A stretch of 64,000 nt of DNA from NCBI GenBank assembly GCA_043228905.1, contig JBHGNT010000001.1:12772001-12836000 (forward strand). Direction: 5' to 3'. A model generated the notes under the pieces. The model made no database searches. It was given only the letters and a program-made list of their open reading frames with translations, and had not been told where the DNA came from. The number at the start of each line of letters is the position of its first letter. The first letter of the stretch is position 1. Below, one piece after another: positions 1-10,840 of the stretch. The DNA is from Azolla caroliniana. Its lineage: Eukaryota; Plantae; Polypodiophyta. A program made the translations under genes and the position numbers.

Positions 1-68
1 GTCGTCCCATTGCTTCCGGGAATATTGTAGAAGAATCAGAACCCATTCAAGTTGTCCTAGGTAGTTTT

Positions 69-3000
69 GTGTGTATAATATCATTTAATATAATTAGTAG
101 TCCAGAGCATCCCATTGTCCTAGGATTACCTTGGCTTGAGTTACATAATCCAGCCATAGATTGGAGAACAAGAGAAGTCCGATATCGACCACCCCAAGAA
201 TCAACTCGCCGAGTTTCGACCATTTCACTCCATCAACTACGCGAAGAAGGACCCAAGGAGGCAATGTTCCTATTTTCCATATCAGTACATCCTTCCAGCA
301 CTATTAAGAAGGACTCCTCAGTACAACTTCCGGCAAAATATCATCCTTATGCCGATGTATTTGACAAGGTAAAAGCCGGTACCCTTCCTCATCACCGTCC
401 CTATGACTGTCCCATCGATTTACAACCAGGAACCGAGCCACCATGGGGACCAATTTACAACCTGTCACCCACCGAGTTAGAAGTCCTTCGAGCCTACATA
501 GAGGAGAACTTGGCAAGCGGGTTCATCCGTCATTCGAAATCTCCGGCCGGTGCACCCATCTTCTTTGTCAAGAAGAAAGATGGCTCACTTCGTCTTGTCG
601 TTGATTACCGCGGATTAAATAAAGTCACCATCCGGAATAGGTATGCACTTCCTCTTATATCAAGTCTTTTAGAGCGAGTTAATGGTGCCAAGTTTTTTAC
701 TAAAATCGACCTACGCGGAGCGTATAATCTCGTGCGGATCCGACCGGGAGATGAGTGGAAGACCGCTTTTCGCACGCGGTATGGGCATTTTGAGTATACT
801 GTTATGCCGTTTGGCCTAACCAATGCACCCGCAGTCTTCCAACACATGGCAAATGATATATTCAGAGACCTCTTGGATATCTGTTTGATCATTTATCTGG
901 ATGATCTGTTGATTTATTCGAAGACCCAGGAAGAGCACGACTCTCATGTACTATTAGTACTAAAGCGACTCCGCGAGAATGGTCTTTATGCCAAGCTAGA
1001 AAAATGTAGCTTCGACTGCAAGCAAGTGGAATTTCTAGGCTACGTCATCTCCTCAAAGGGCATCGCCATGGATCCAGCTAAGATCCAAACTGTACTAGAG
1101 TGGCAAATTCCACGGTCGGTACGAGATGTACAATGTTTTCTAGGTTTTGCTAACTTCTACCGTAAGTTTATACAGGATTACTCGAAGATTATTTTACCTC
1201 TCACACAACTTACGAAGAAGGGCCAAGCATTTCTTTGGTCCATTGAAGCAGATATGGCTTTTCGGCATCTTAAGAAAGCCTTTACATCAGCACCGATTCT
1301 AGCTCATGTGGATACAAGCAAACCATTCATCATGGAGGCCGACGCATCAGATTTCGCCCTCGGTAGCATCCTTTCTCAACAAGGTGATAAAGAAGAGTTG
1401 CATCCGGTGGCTTTCCATTCGCGCAAATTCGATGTCGCAGAAATCAACTACGAAATACATGACAAGGAGTTATTAGCCATCGTGGATTCATTTGTACAAT
1501 GGCGGCATTTCTTAGAGGGCTCTCCACATCAGGTCATTGTCTTCAGCGATCATAAAAATCTTGCTTATTTTCAGAACGCTCGCGTACTAAATCGACGGCA
1601 AGCTCGGTGGGCGCAATTCCTCACGCGTTTCGACTTCAAAATCACATATCGACCGGGGAAGCAGCAAGGAAAAGCAGATGCACTATCACGACGTTCATAT
1701 CTTGCACCTCGTCCTGGTGAAGCAACATTTGATAATCAAAAGCAAGTAATCTTGGGACCAACACGATTGCACACGACGCGGATTTTTCACACCCCGATGG
1801 ATTCACGGATTACCGATGACATACGTGCAACCTTGAAGACGGATAGTTTTGCTCAAGACATCCTGGCGCACATTGATACTTCTCGGGCATCCTGTTCTCA
1901 GTCTCAACAACCAGGTATTGACTACCGACAATTCGAATATCATGATGGTTTGTTATTCTTTAAAAAGCGCGTATATGTCCCCGATTGCTCCTGTCGCCTT
2001 CAAATTGTCCAACATTGTCACGACACCCATACGGCGGGACATTTCGGTAGTACTAAGACGTTGGAGCTAGTGCAGCGATCTTTTTGGTGGCCCCACATGC
2101 GCCGTTTTGTCGACGACTACGTTCGGACCTGTGATGCTTGCTGCCGAGCAAAGATGCCACGACACCATCCATATGGCTTGTTGGAACCTTTACCAATTCC
2201 AAGTAAGCCATGGCAGTCTATTTGTCTTGATTTTATCACAGATTTGCCGGTCTCGAAAGGGTTCGATGCTATCCTAACCGTCGTCGATCGATATACGAAG
2301 ATGGCACATTTTGTGCCATGTACTAAAGCCATCTCTAGCGAGGAAACCGCCGCTCTTGTTATGCGTGAGGTTTTTCGGCATCATGGCCTCCCAGACAGTA
2401 TTATCAGTGACCGAGGCCCGCAATTTGTCTCCAAATTTTGGCAGCATCTCTTCAAGATGCTCAAGGTCTCCTGCAACCTCTCCTCCGGCTACCATCCTCA
2501 GACCGACGGACAGGCGGAACGAACAAACCAAACGCTGGAGCAATATCTCCGGTGTTTCCTGAGTTATCAACAGGACGATTGGGCCGAGATTCTCCACTTT
2601 GCGGAGTTTGCGTATAATAATGCTATTCACTCCTCGACTCGGGTCTCCCCATTTTTCGCTTATACCGGTTTCCATCCTCGCTGGTCGGTGATCGACGCTC
2701 CGGAGCTACCTACCAACCCTCGTGCCGAGGATCATTTGGAGAGGCTACGCAAGATCCAGATGGATCTCTCTACTCACCTTCGTCATGCTCAACACACACA
2801 GAAGACTTATGCGGATCGTCATCGGATTCCCTCCTCTTTTGCCATCGGAGATCGAGTATGGCTCTTACGTCGTCACATCAAGACTACTCGACCGTGCGAC
2901 AAGTTGGATTATCGACGACTCGGTCCTTTCCGTATTACGGGGAAGATTAATGATGTCACCTTCCGCCTTGATCTCCCTCCGCAGCTTCAGATACATCCGG

Positions 3001-3308
3001 TTTTCCATTGTTCTCTTCTTGAACCTTATAAAGCAAACACCATTCCCGATCGTGTGACACCACCGCCGCCCCCACTGGAGTTGGACGCCGGCCCGGAGTA
3101 TGAAGTTGCTGCCATCCTCGATTCCAAACTTGTTCGCAACAAACTCTATTACTTGGTCGATTGGCTCGGTTATAGTCCGAGCGAACGTACGTGGGAACCC
3201 GTCGAGAATGTTGCCAATGCACAAGATCTTCTTGCTGATTTCCACCAAAAGTATCCGGACAAACCCGGTCCGCAAGTAGCGCTGACTCGTTCCACTCGTC
3301 GTCTTTAA
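69..3308 (+). CDS. pol: Pol polyprotein (end of protease, RT, RNase H, integrase, chromodomain), 5'-partial
   Basis: 1079-aa uninterrupted ORF with LGLPWL, YLDD, EADASDFA, H-H-C-C zinc finger, SDRGPQF, GPFRI and YEVAAILDS...YLVDWLGY...WEP motifs. Confidence 0.95.
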   Translation: MCIISFNIISSPEHPIVLGLPWLELHNPAIDWRTREVRYRPPQESTRRVSTISLHQLREEGPKEAMFLFSISVHPSSTIKKDSSVQLPAKYHPYADVFDKVKAGTLPHHRPYDCPIDLQPGTEPPWGPIYNLSPTELEVLRAYIEENLASGFIRHSKSPAGAPIFFVKKKDGSLRLVVDYRGLNKVTIRNRYALPLISSLLERVNGAKFFTKIDLRGAYNLVRIRPGDEWKTAFRTRYGHFEYTVMPFGLTNAPAVFQHMANDIFRDLLDICLIIYLDDLLIYSKTQEEHDSHVLLVLKRLRENGLYAKLEKCSFDCKQVEFLGYVISSKGIAMDPAKIQTVLEWQIPRSVRDVQCFLGFANFYRKFIQDYSKIILPLTQLTKKGQAFLWSIEADMAFRHLKKAFTSAPILAHVDTSKPFIMEADASDFALGSILSQQGDKEELHPVAFHSRKFDVAEINYEIHDKELLAIVDSFVQWRHFLEGSPHQVIVFSDHKNLAYFQNARVLNRRQARWAQFLTRFDFKITYRPGKQQGKADALSRRSYLAPRPGEATFDNQKQVILGPTRLHTTRIFHTPMDSRITDDIRATLKTDSFAQDILAHIDTSRASCSQSQQPGIDYRQFEYHDGLLFFKKRVYVPDCSCRLQIVQHCHDTHTAGHFGSTKTLELVQRSFWWPHMRRFVDDYVRTCDACCRAKMPRHHPYGLLEPLPIPSKPWQSICLDFITDLPVSKGFDAILTVVDRYTKMAHFVPCTKAISSEETAALVMREVFRHHGLPDSIISDRGPQFVSKFWQHLFKMLKVSCNLSSGYHPQTDGQAERTNQTLEQYLRCFLSYQQDDWAEILHFAEFAYNNAIHSSTRVSPFFAYTGFHPRWSVIDAPELPTNPRAEDHLERLRKIQMDLSTHLRHAQHTQKTYADRHRIPSSFAIGDRVWLLRRHIKTTRPCDKLDYRRLGPFRITGKINDVTFRLDLPPQLQIHPVFHCSLLEPYKANTIPDRVTPPPPPLELDAGPEYEVAAILDSKLVRNKLYYLVDWLGYSPSERTWEPVENVANAQDLLADFHQKYPDKPGPQVALTRSTRRL

Positions 3309-3319
3309 GGGGGAGATAG

Positions 3320-3746
3320 TGTCATGAGATGGCAAGACTCGAACCCATGACCTTATGGTATATGGGTCGAGCTCTTAACCATCTCACCATCTATTGTAAT
3401 TCATAGAATATTATTTTCATTTATGTTTTATTATAAGAAAGTAATGTATATTCCAGATTTCTCTGGAACATTCTAGAAGCTTCAGGATTATTCCTGAGAA
3501 CACTATAAAAGAAGGCACTAAGCATTATGTTGAACCAAATTGGTTCAACACCAGTCTTAAGCCTCTTAGCCGATTTGTACTTATCTTTCATATAATATAA
3601 GAGCTGCTGTCATCATTCTATTTCTCTCTCTCTCCTCTTCTCACTTCCTCTCTCTCGGGAATCTTACGCAGTCCTGTCTTCTTAGTACTAATAGTACTAC
3701 TCTTCTTAGTACTAATTCCATCTCTGCTTTAGTACTATTCCTGACA
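3320..3746 (+). repeat. 3' LTR of chromovirus (427 bp)
   Basis: TGTCA/TGACA termini, preceded by PPT, TATAAAA at ~3504. Confidence 0.88.
3328..3391 (-). promoter_or_regulatory. tRNA-like Pol III internal promoter (A and B boxes) inside LTR U3
   Basis: Minus strand reads GATGGTGAGATGGTTAAGAGC...GGGTTCGAGTCTTGCCATC: A-box-like TGGTGAGATGG and B-box GGTTCGAGTC at tRNA spacing. Confidence 0.6.
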
Positions 3747-4781
3747 CCCCCCACCGCATCTAAGACTCCATTTGTGAATGGAAGCGGAAATCCATTGGTG
3801 GCAGTGGCGGCGTTTAATTTTCGGTAATCTACACAGACCCAGATATTTCCGTTTTTCTTAGGTACTACCACAATCTGGGTTAACCATGTGACATTCTTCA
3901 CTGGCCAGATGAACCCGACCCGTACCAACTTATTGATCTCCTCAACTTTAGCCAAATAATTCGGATTCATCCTGTAATGTCTCTGTGCTACCGGTTTCAC
4001 ATCCTTGCTCAAATGGATCTGGTGTTAATACAATTGCGGGTCCAGTCCCCGCATGTCCTCATATGACCACGCAAATACATCCTAGAATTCTTTCAATAAT
4101 GTTACCTTTGCCGATTTCTCCTCCGGTGGCATTTCTTTGGCCACATGTATCGGTCTTGTTTCTTCCCCAATACCTAAATTCACTTCTTCCAACTGTGATG
4201 CTTTCACCTGTTGTGAGACCGCCATCTCCTTCTCTAGGGCTTCTTGTGCTTGGCGCAGTTCCCGAATTGCGTCCCGATCCGGGTCCTCACCGGCATCATC
4301 CGAGTGCACGATATATGGGGAGACCACTTTGGCAATGTCTACTTCAAACCGAGGGACTATCTTTGGGTTCTCCTCGAGGTATCGATCTATTTCTTCATCG
4401 GCAAGCCCTTCCAGCATGTTCACGCTTTCGGCATACAATGGTGTTACTTCCTTGCTTGGGTCTGCACGGGGTTGTGTTGGTACTCTCACCTTTATTTTCC
4501 CTCTTCGAAACGTAATATTGTTCTTCTACCAGTTTTGTTTAACATGAGCAGTCCGTAACCATGGTTATCCCAGCAATAGAGAATATGCTCCTTGCGCGTT
4601 CAACTAGAGGACCACCACTGAAATCCGGAAGGCATGGTCTCCAATTGTCACTTCCAAGTTCTGGATCAATCTGGCCGGTTGTACCGAACTAGAGTCCACC
4701 ATCCGGAGTTAGAACGGGCATGGTTCCCATTCCTGGATTCCTAGAGTGTTGCATGTTCGTAGGCTTATAACATTTACTCCC

Positions 4782-7700
4782 TGTTGATGGGTGGGGGGGG
4801 AAGCCTAGAATGGCTTCACCCCCTTCCCAAGGGGGTTATGATAGTGAGAGAGCTAGAGAGGAGGACAAATTGAAAATGACACAAAATGAGAGGGGAAAAA
4901 TGTATATTCCATTACATGCCCCATTAGGGGTTTATATAGTACATAGTGTAACAATTAATAATATGACCGTTACAAAAAGAAGACCATTACATTCTTGTCA
5001 CATGCACATAATTGTGCATGTGCTCACACATACTCATCTTCACACACTCATTTACTTTACACATACACATCAACCACATCATTACACCTACCCTTATGCC
5101 TCCCCGTATATTCTTACGGGTAACACATGGCACACTTGTGGGACAGTGCATTGCACAGTGAACCCACTTGCCATGGCAACTCTTCTCGACCGGAACTCCA
5201 TCGGTCGTCTCAACAGTCGGAAATCCCTTGACCGGATCATTACTCTATGATCGATAACTTCGATCGGAGCTTCGCTTGACTCGAACCTTCTCGTTCGGTC
5301 AACATATCTCTCGATTGGATCACACACCAATCGGCTCGTCCATTGTGGCATGGGTCATGAAATCGTGTTGTGTATACGCGGTTTCTTCATGTGAGTTGAG
5401 TATTTTGTATCCCTTGGTCTTCAAAATTTTCATTTTTGCCCTCAAGTTTTTTTAAAATTTTATTTTTGGCCCTTGAGTTTTCGAAATTCTGCATTCTTCC
5501 CTCCACTTTTTGAAATCTCATGTCATACCCTTGAGCTTTTGAAATTTCCTCTACATACCCCTCTTTATATTTCTTCTCTCCTCTTTTCTTCTTTGTCGTC
5601 AATTTCTTCTTGGTCTTCTCTTTTCTCTGTTTGTCTGTCTTCTTCTTCTCTTGTTGTCTGCATCCTTTTGTCTTCTTCCATGTACGTTCTCCTTTTTTTA
5701 CTTAATTCTTCTTGGCTCTTCTTCTTCCATTTGCCGTTTCTAGCCTGTTTCCATCTGTGGTTGTCCCTCTGTCTGTGAGTCATCTCTGTTTCCCTACTGT
5801 TAACTGTGCAACTGAGTGGCCATCTCTGTCCATGGTCATCTGTTTGGTCTATAGGTCATCTTTGTCTGACAGTCGTGTCTATCTGACGGGTCGCTTGGTT
5901 GTTCCTGGACTGTCTCGTGGCAATCATTTGGCCATGTCTCGGCCCACGATCAGTTTCTCGGAGATGTCTTGGTTGTGTGTCTCGATTGCGCGTCTTGGCC
6001 GCACTCTTGGCCATGCGTCTCGGCTGCGCATCTCGGACGTATTTTGGGCCGCACATCTCGGTCACACATCTTGGCCGTATTCTGGGTTGTGCGTCTCGGC
6101 CACACATCTCGGCTGTACTTTGGGCTGCGCGTCTCGGTTGTGCTCTTGGCCATGCGTCTTGCTGCACAACAGGAGTGGCACACACACAACGAGGGGAGGT
6201 ACAATGATCCCCAACAATGGTTGATATAGATCCATCACCATATTCAATTGCTCTATTTGGATTGATGTAGGAATGAGGCATTATGTTGTGGGGAAAATTG
6301 AAGAAACTTCTCAAATGGAACGACCACCATTTCTTTGGTGGGACCAACACACAACATAGCTGCAAACACAAAGATGAAGAGAGTTGAAGATATAGAGATG
6401 AACTCTGGGTGGCTAGGGTTTTAGGCAGAGAGAGTGAGGAAAGGGGAAAGGGGAAAGGGGTTGAAAGCAAGATCAAGATGCAGAAAGCGACGAGACCAGA
6501 GGACACAACGGTCCTTGTCCTAAACATAATGGTGTCATATTCTCCCAGATCACGTGCACCTCGAGGATCCATGGAAGTTCGATCCTGATCGCGCAGAAAA
6601 AAATCCTTCTTCGATTACTTCTTCTTCTTCTGCGTCTTCTTCTTCACAGAAACCCTAGCTACCATCTTTCTCTACACGGAGGTAGAAGCCTGTAAATGCA
6701 GAATGCCATGGTGCAGTAGAAGTAACACTGATTTTTCCTACACCGAAGCACGGTAGTGATGAAGAAGATGTGAAAACTGTCAGGAAGGATGGTTTTGTAA
6801 ACGACGACTCTAGATTTCAGCTTGTTAAAGATGCCCAGTTCTTAGAGGAAGCTTTGCCATTGTTATTGAGAAAGACTCTTCTCCATCACAGTGTAGAAGG
6901 CAATATTGAGATCTCCATAGCAAGCTGGCTATCACACAAAAAGTCCACACACAAAAGTACACTCTCTAGCAAAGACACACATAGAAGAGTGAGGGATCAG
7001 CGATGGAGAGGGAGAAAGAAAGAAAGAAAGATATATTAACGTCTTCTAAGGCCAAATTTGGCCCATGAGATAATTGGTTTACAACAAAATGAGTATTTAT
7101 CCAGTCATCATAACTAAAATAAAATAAAGTAAACATAGAACTTAAGCTAAAAGAGTTCTAGTAGTGTAATATATGTGGTATACTTAATAAAGGAAGTGAC
7201 TTTACACTAATCCTAATTTTATTTCCACCCAAGCCTCTTGAAAAGAAGTGGGGGATCAAAGGGTTTTGATGTGGGTGTGACCCGTGGTTCCAATGTAGAG
7301 AGTGCGGCATAGACTTCCTCCCAAAGGAGGGAGCTTTCAAGTTGAATGGCCATGGAAGACGTTGCTTAGATTTAGATTTCCTTCACAATAGCAGACACCC
7401 ACACAAAGAGATGCAATAAGACATAGAGATGCAATAGAGAGGGAGGGATAAACTTCTTCTCAAAGGAGGTTCGTCTGTCTGGGCGTGCCAAAAGTGTTGA
7501 TGGGTGGGGGGTGAAGCCTAGAATGTCTTCACCCCCCTCCCAAGGGGGTTACGATAGTGAGAGAGCTAGAGAGGAAGACAAATTGAAAATGACGCGAAAT
7601 GAGAGTGGAAAAATGTATATTCCATTACATGCACCATGTCTAGTGAAGACTAACAAAAAAAGGCTGACAGTCAACATGGTGGTCGCGGAGGTGGCCGACA

Positions 7701-8182
7701 TCCAGCAAGTCACCACCAGGTCGAAAGGGAAGATGGCCAAATGGGAGACTCATGAAGCTATCCGAAAACAAGCCACAGAATGGATCGAAAAAGCGAACGC
7801 ACGGAATGTCACTGAACTACATGAGCAAAGGAAAATAGTGGAGGAACCCACAGAGACGATATTGCAGGAGAACCCCAGAGGAATGCCAGATCATGCTACC
7901 ATTGGGTCGATTGTTGCAATTAGTGCCCCATTTCACCAACAGTTTAAAATCATCATTGACCCCACCAAGCCCCGCATCGGCTCCGGTGTTATATAGTACA
8001 TAGTGCAACGGTTAATAATATGACTGTTACAAAAAGAAGACCGTTACATTCTTGTCACATGCACATAATTGTGCATGTGCTCACACATACTCATCTTCAC
8101 ACACTCATTTACTTTACACATACACATTAACCACATCATTACACCTACCCTTATGCCTCCCCGTATATTCTTACGGGTAACA
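4782..8182 (-). mobile_element. Non-autonomous LTR element (TRIM/LARD-like, Tat-type tRNA-Arg PBS)
   Basis: LTRs 4782-5125 and 7495-8182 (TGTTG...TAACA), 5-bp TSD CTCCC (4777-4781, 8183-8187), PBS TGGCACGCCC on minus at ~7481-7490, no recognisable pol. Confidence 0.88.
5925..6160. repeat. Degenerate GC-rich minisatellite (TCTCGG/TTGGCC motifs) inside the non-autonomous element
   Basis: Recurrent CTTGGCCATGCGTCTCGG / GGCCGCACATCTCGG units. Confidence 0.6.
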
Positions 8183-8650
8183 CTCCCGATCCGCCATCGA
8201 CAATTGTCCCCAATACTTCTCGTCCTTTGATGATGGCGGTGATTACTGGACTACTCGTGTCGACCATTGATGGTCCCTCTTCCGGATTTGAGAAGAACAC
8301 TAGAGCCGGTGCAGGGCTTGGTGGGGCCAATGCTGATTTTAAACTGTTGGTGAAATGGGGCACTAATTGCAACAATCGACCCAATGGCAGCATGATCTGG
8401 CATTCCCGTTGGGGTTCTCCTGCAGTATCATCTCTGTGGGTTCCTCCACTATTTTCCTTTGCTCATGTAGTTCAGTGACATTCCGTGCATTCGCTTTTTC
8501 GATCCATTTTGTGGCTTGTTTTCGGATAGCTTCATGAGTCTCCCATTCGGCCATATTCCCTTTCGACCTGGTGGTGACTTGCTGGATGTCGGCCACCTCC
8601 GCGACCACCATGTTGACTGTCGGCCTTTTTTCGTTAGTCTTCACTGGACA
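7637..8650. repeat. ~354-bp inverted duplication (arms 7637-7990 and 8296-8650)
   Basis: The insert in the right-hand LTR is the reverse complement of nearby element A gag-pro sequence. The same peptide VNMVVAEVADIQQVTTRSKG appears in ORFs 7511+ and 8363-. Confidence 0.9.
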
Positions 8651-10628
8651 CTGATTGTTGTAGTGCCCGTCCTGCTGGCAATAGTAGCAATACATCTTCC
8701 ATGTATTGTTAGACTCTGCTTTTGGCAAGGTACCCGGCTGAAAACCGGGTGCTGCCTGGTTGGGCTCCTCTATTCTTCGTTGTTACGATTGAGCGCTAGT
8801 TATGCTTCTATTCAGATCCCATTGGTACTCCTTTGCCGGTTCCCGACACTCCTCTTTTCAAGTGTTTCGTTTTTCATTATAGTGTCGGTTGTTTCGATAT
8901 CCTCACCTGCACCGATCATCATAGTCTCCCCGTTGATCCTCTCTCCTGCGATTGTAGCCGAGGGAGTAATCTTGATCATAACGATCGCCATTATAGTCCC
9001 GGCTTCGATCATTCTGGTCCCGGTCATAATCATCCCGTCTATCGCTTTATCAAACGTCTTGTATCGGTCTGTAGCGATCGTCTCGCCGATATCGTTCCTC
9101 TTCGTCTTCTCGGTCGTTCCGGGTTTCGATGTGCCAAACTAGTGCATCTTGCCGATTTAGCAGGTTGTATTCACAGTGGTCCATTGTGTGTGATCGGGAA
9201 TGGCATAACATGCACCGCGATCTCATCGTGCACTCTATTGTTGAGTGCCCGGGATTAAGGCACGTCATGCATTGTATTGCCTTGCGAAAGCGTAGGCTCT
9301 CTTCGGTAGGGAGTGTTCTTTGGAGTGCCCCCATCGTCAACCACGAACTATTTTTGTCCCTCTCCATGACCCGGTCAATGACCTGGTCTATTGTGTTGGT
9401 CCGAAAATTTATGACCGCACAGACGGTTCGGAGGGGTTCCCGGGGTGCTGCCAAAAATACCACTTTTGCTTCTTCTTCTAGCGGTGCTCTGGTGAGTTGA
9501 CTATGCATCATCCAGAACCGGATAACGAACTGCTGAATGGTTTTTGATGGTTCCTATTGTGTCTTATAGAATTGCCTGACAATTTCTCTTTGATCCACCT
9601 ATTTGTGGAAGAATCGTAGAAATCTTGTCTTTAACTCTTCAAACGTAACGATACTGTCGGGGAGATGCTTAGAGTGCCATCGTGCTGCTGGTCCCTCCAA
9701 AGTCATGCCGAATTCCGCTATTTTTGATCGTTCGGCCTTTGCTTCGGTTTGTCGTTGGGAGACATGGTTCGCCTCCCATGTTTGGAGAAACGTGTATACT
9801 TAGGCTTCTGCGTCCGGGCAATCCCGATACTTCGGATATTGGTAAAGGCATTGTGTCGTCGTCTTCTTGTGCTACCAGGGGCGGTGTCAGAACTCATTCC
9901 TCCTGTTCCGTCGGTGACTCGAGTGGTGGTGTCGGAACTCGCTCCTCCTGTTCCTTTGGTGACTTAGGTGGTGGTGTCGAAACACGCTCCTCTTTTTGGT
10001 AGTCCGCTTTCGTGAAGAATTTCGGCCAGAGGCGGAAACCGGGAAATATTGGCTACATCGACGGGGTGCACCATGTGCACTCACCCTCGTGTAATTGTGT
10101 GAATAATAGGAGTTAAGTCAGGACGAAGAATCCCATGTAAATCGAGATTTATCCCACATTGTAATGCATCCCTCTCCTTGTTCTATAAAAGGAAGGGATG
10201 GTCCCTTGTAGAAGGGTTGCCCATTTTGTATTAGTAGGGTATACCGTTAGACGGAGTGACGTTCTCCCTCTCTCTCTCTTGTTTTAGGGTTTCTTCTTCT
10301 TGCTCCCCTCTTTTCTTTTCTTCTTCTTCGTCCTTCTGTGCGTCGAGCCTTGGCATCTAACGTTACAGTTTTCTGCCCTGTACTCTGTGCAAGACCCCGT
10401 TTGGCGCGACAAGACCGAGAGCTCCCCGACCGGTGGCTTGGCGGTAGACAATGGTTGTATCTCGTGCGGCCTAGGTCCGGCTTGAAGTCGGTGTTGATTT
10501 TCGTTGTCTTGTAAATACATATACATGTGGTTGTGCATATTCGGGTCTCTGTTGGTGTGCGTGTGCGTGTCTTAGTGTTTCTTTCTTGCTTATGTACATG
10601 TTCGTGCGAGTGTCAATGTTAAGCGCTT

Positions 10629-10670
<42 letters not shown>
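10629..10670. repeat. (CT)n microsatellite in the LTR of B
   Basis: About 20 CT units, shorter in the 3' LTR. Confidence 0.9.
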
Positions 10671-10674
<4 letters not shown>

Positions 10675-10840
10675 CGGTTGCTTCTGGTGTGCTCCTTGGG
10701 TGCCCCGAAAGGAGCGAAGCGCGGCTTCCTACGCTCCGTCACTCCCTAGTCCAAGACCCCCGTGGTCCCGCCTTTCTCCACGCACGCGCATAACAACGCG
10801 ACATCTTTGGTGAACCCGGCGTGAAAGGCTGCAAGGGAGG

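Larger units (their letters stand above)
1..3746 (+). mobile_element. Ty3/Gypsy chromovirus (Tcn1-like), 3' part; 5' end lies outside the window
   Basis: Intact pol ORF ending in a chromodomain, PPT AAGGGGGAGATAG at ~3307-3319, 3' LTR TGTCA...TGACA at 3320-3746. Inserted into the RT of element A. Confidence 0.93.

Noticed and set aside
3328-3391. Functional tRNA gene (also 48531-48592)
   Set aside because: Stems are degenerate and there is no convincing anticodon arm, so these are kept only as tRNA-like boxes.
5387-7340. Coding genes inside the non-autonomous element
   Set aside because: Short low-complexity ORFs on both strands with no recognisable domain.
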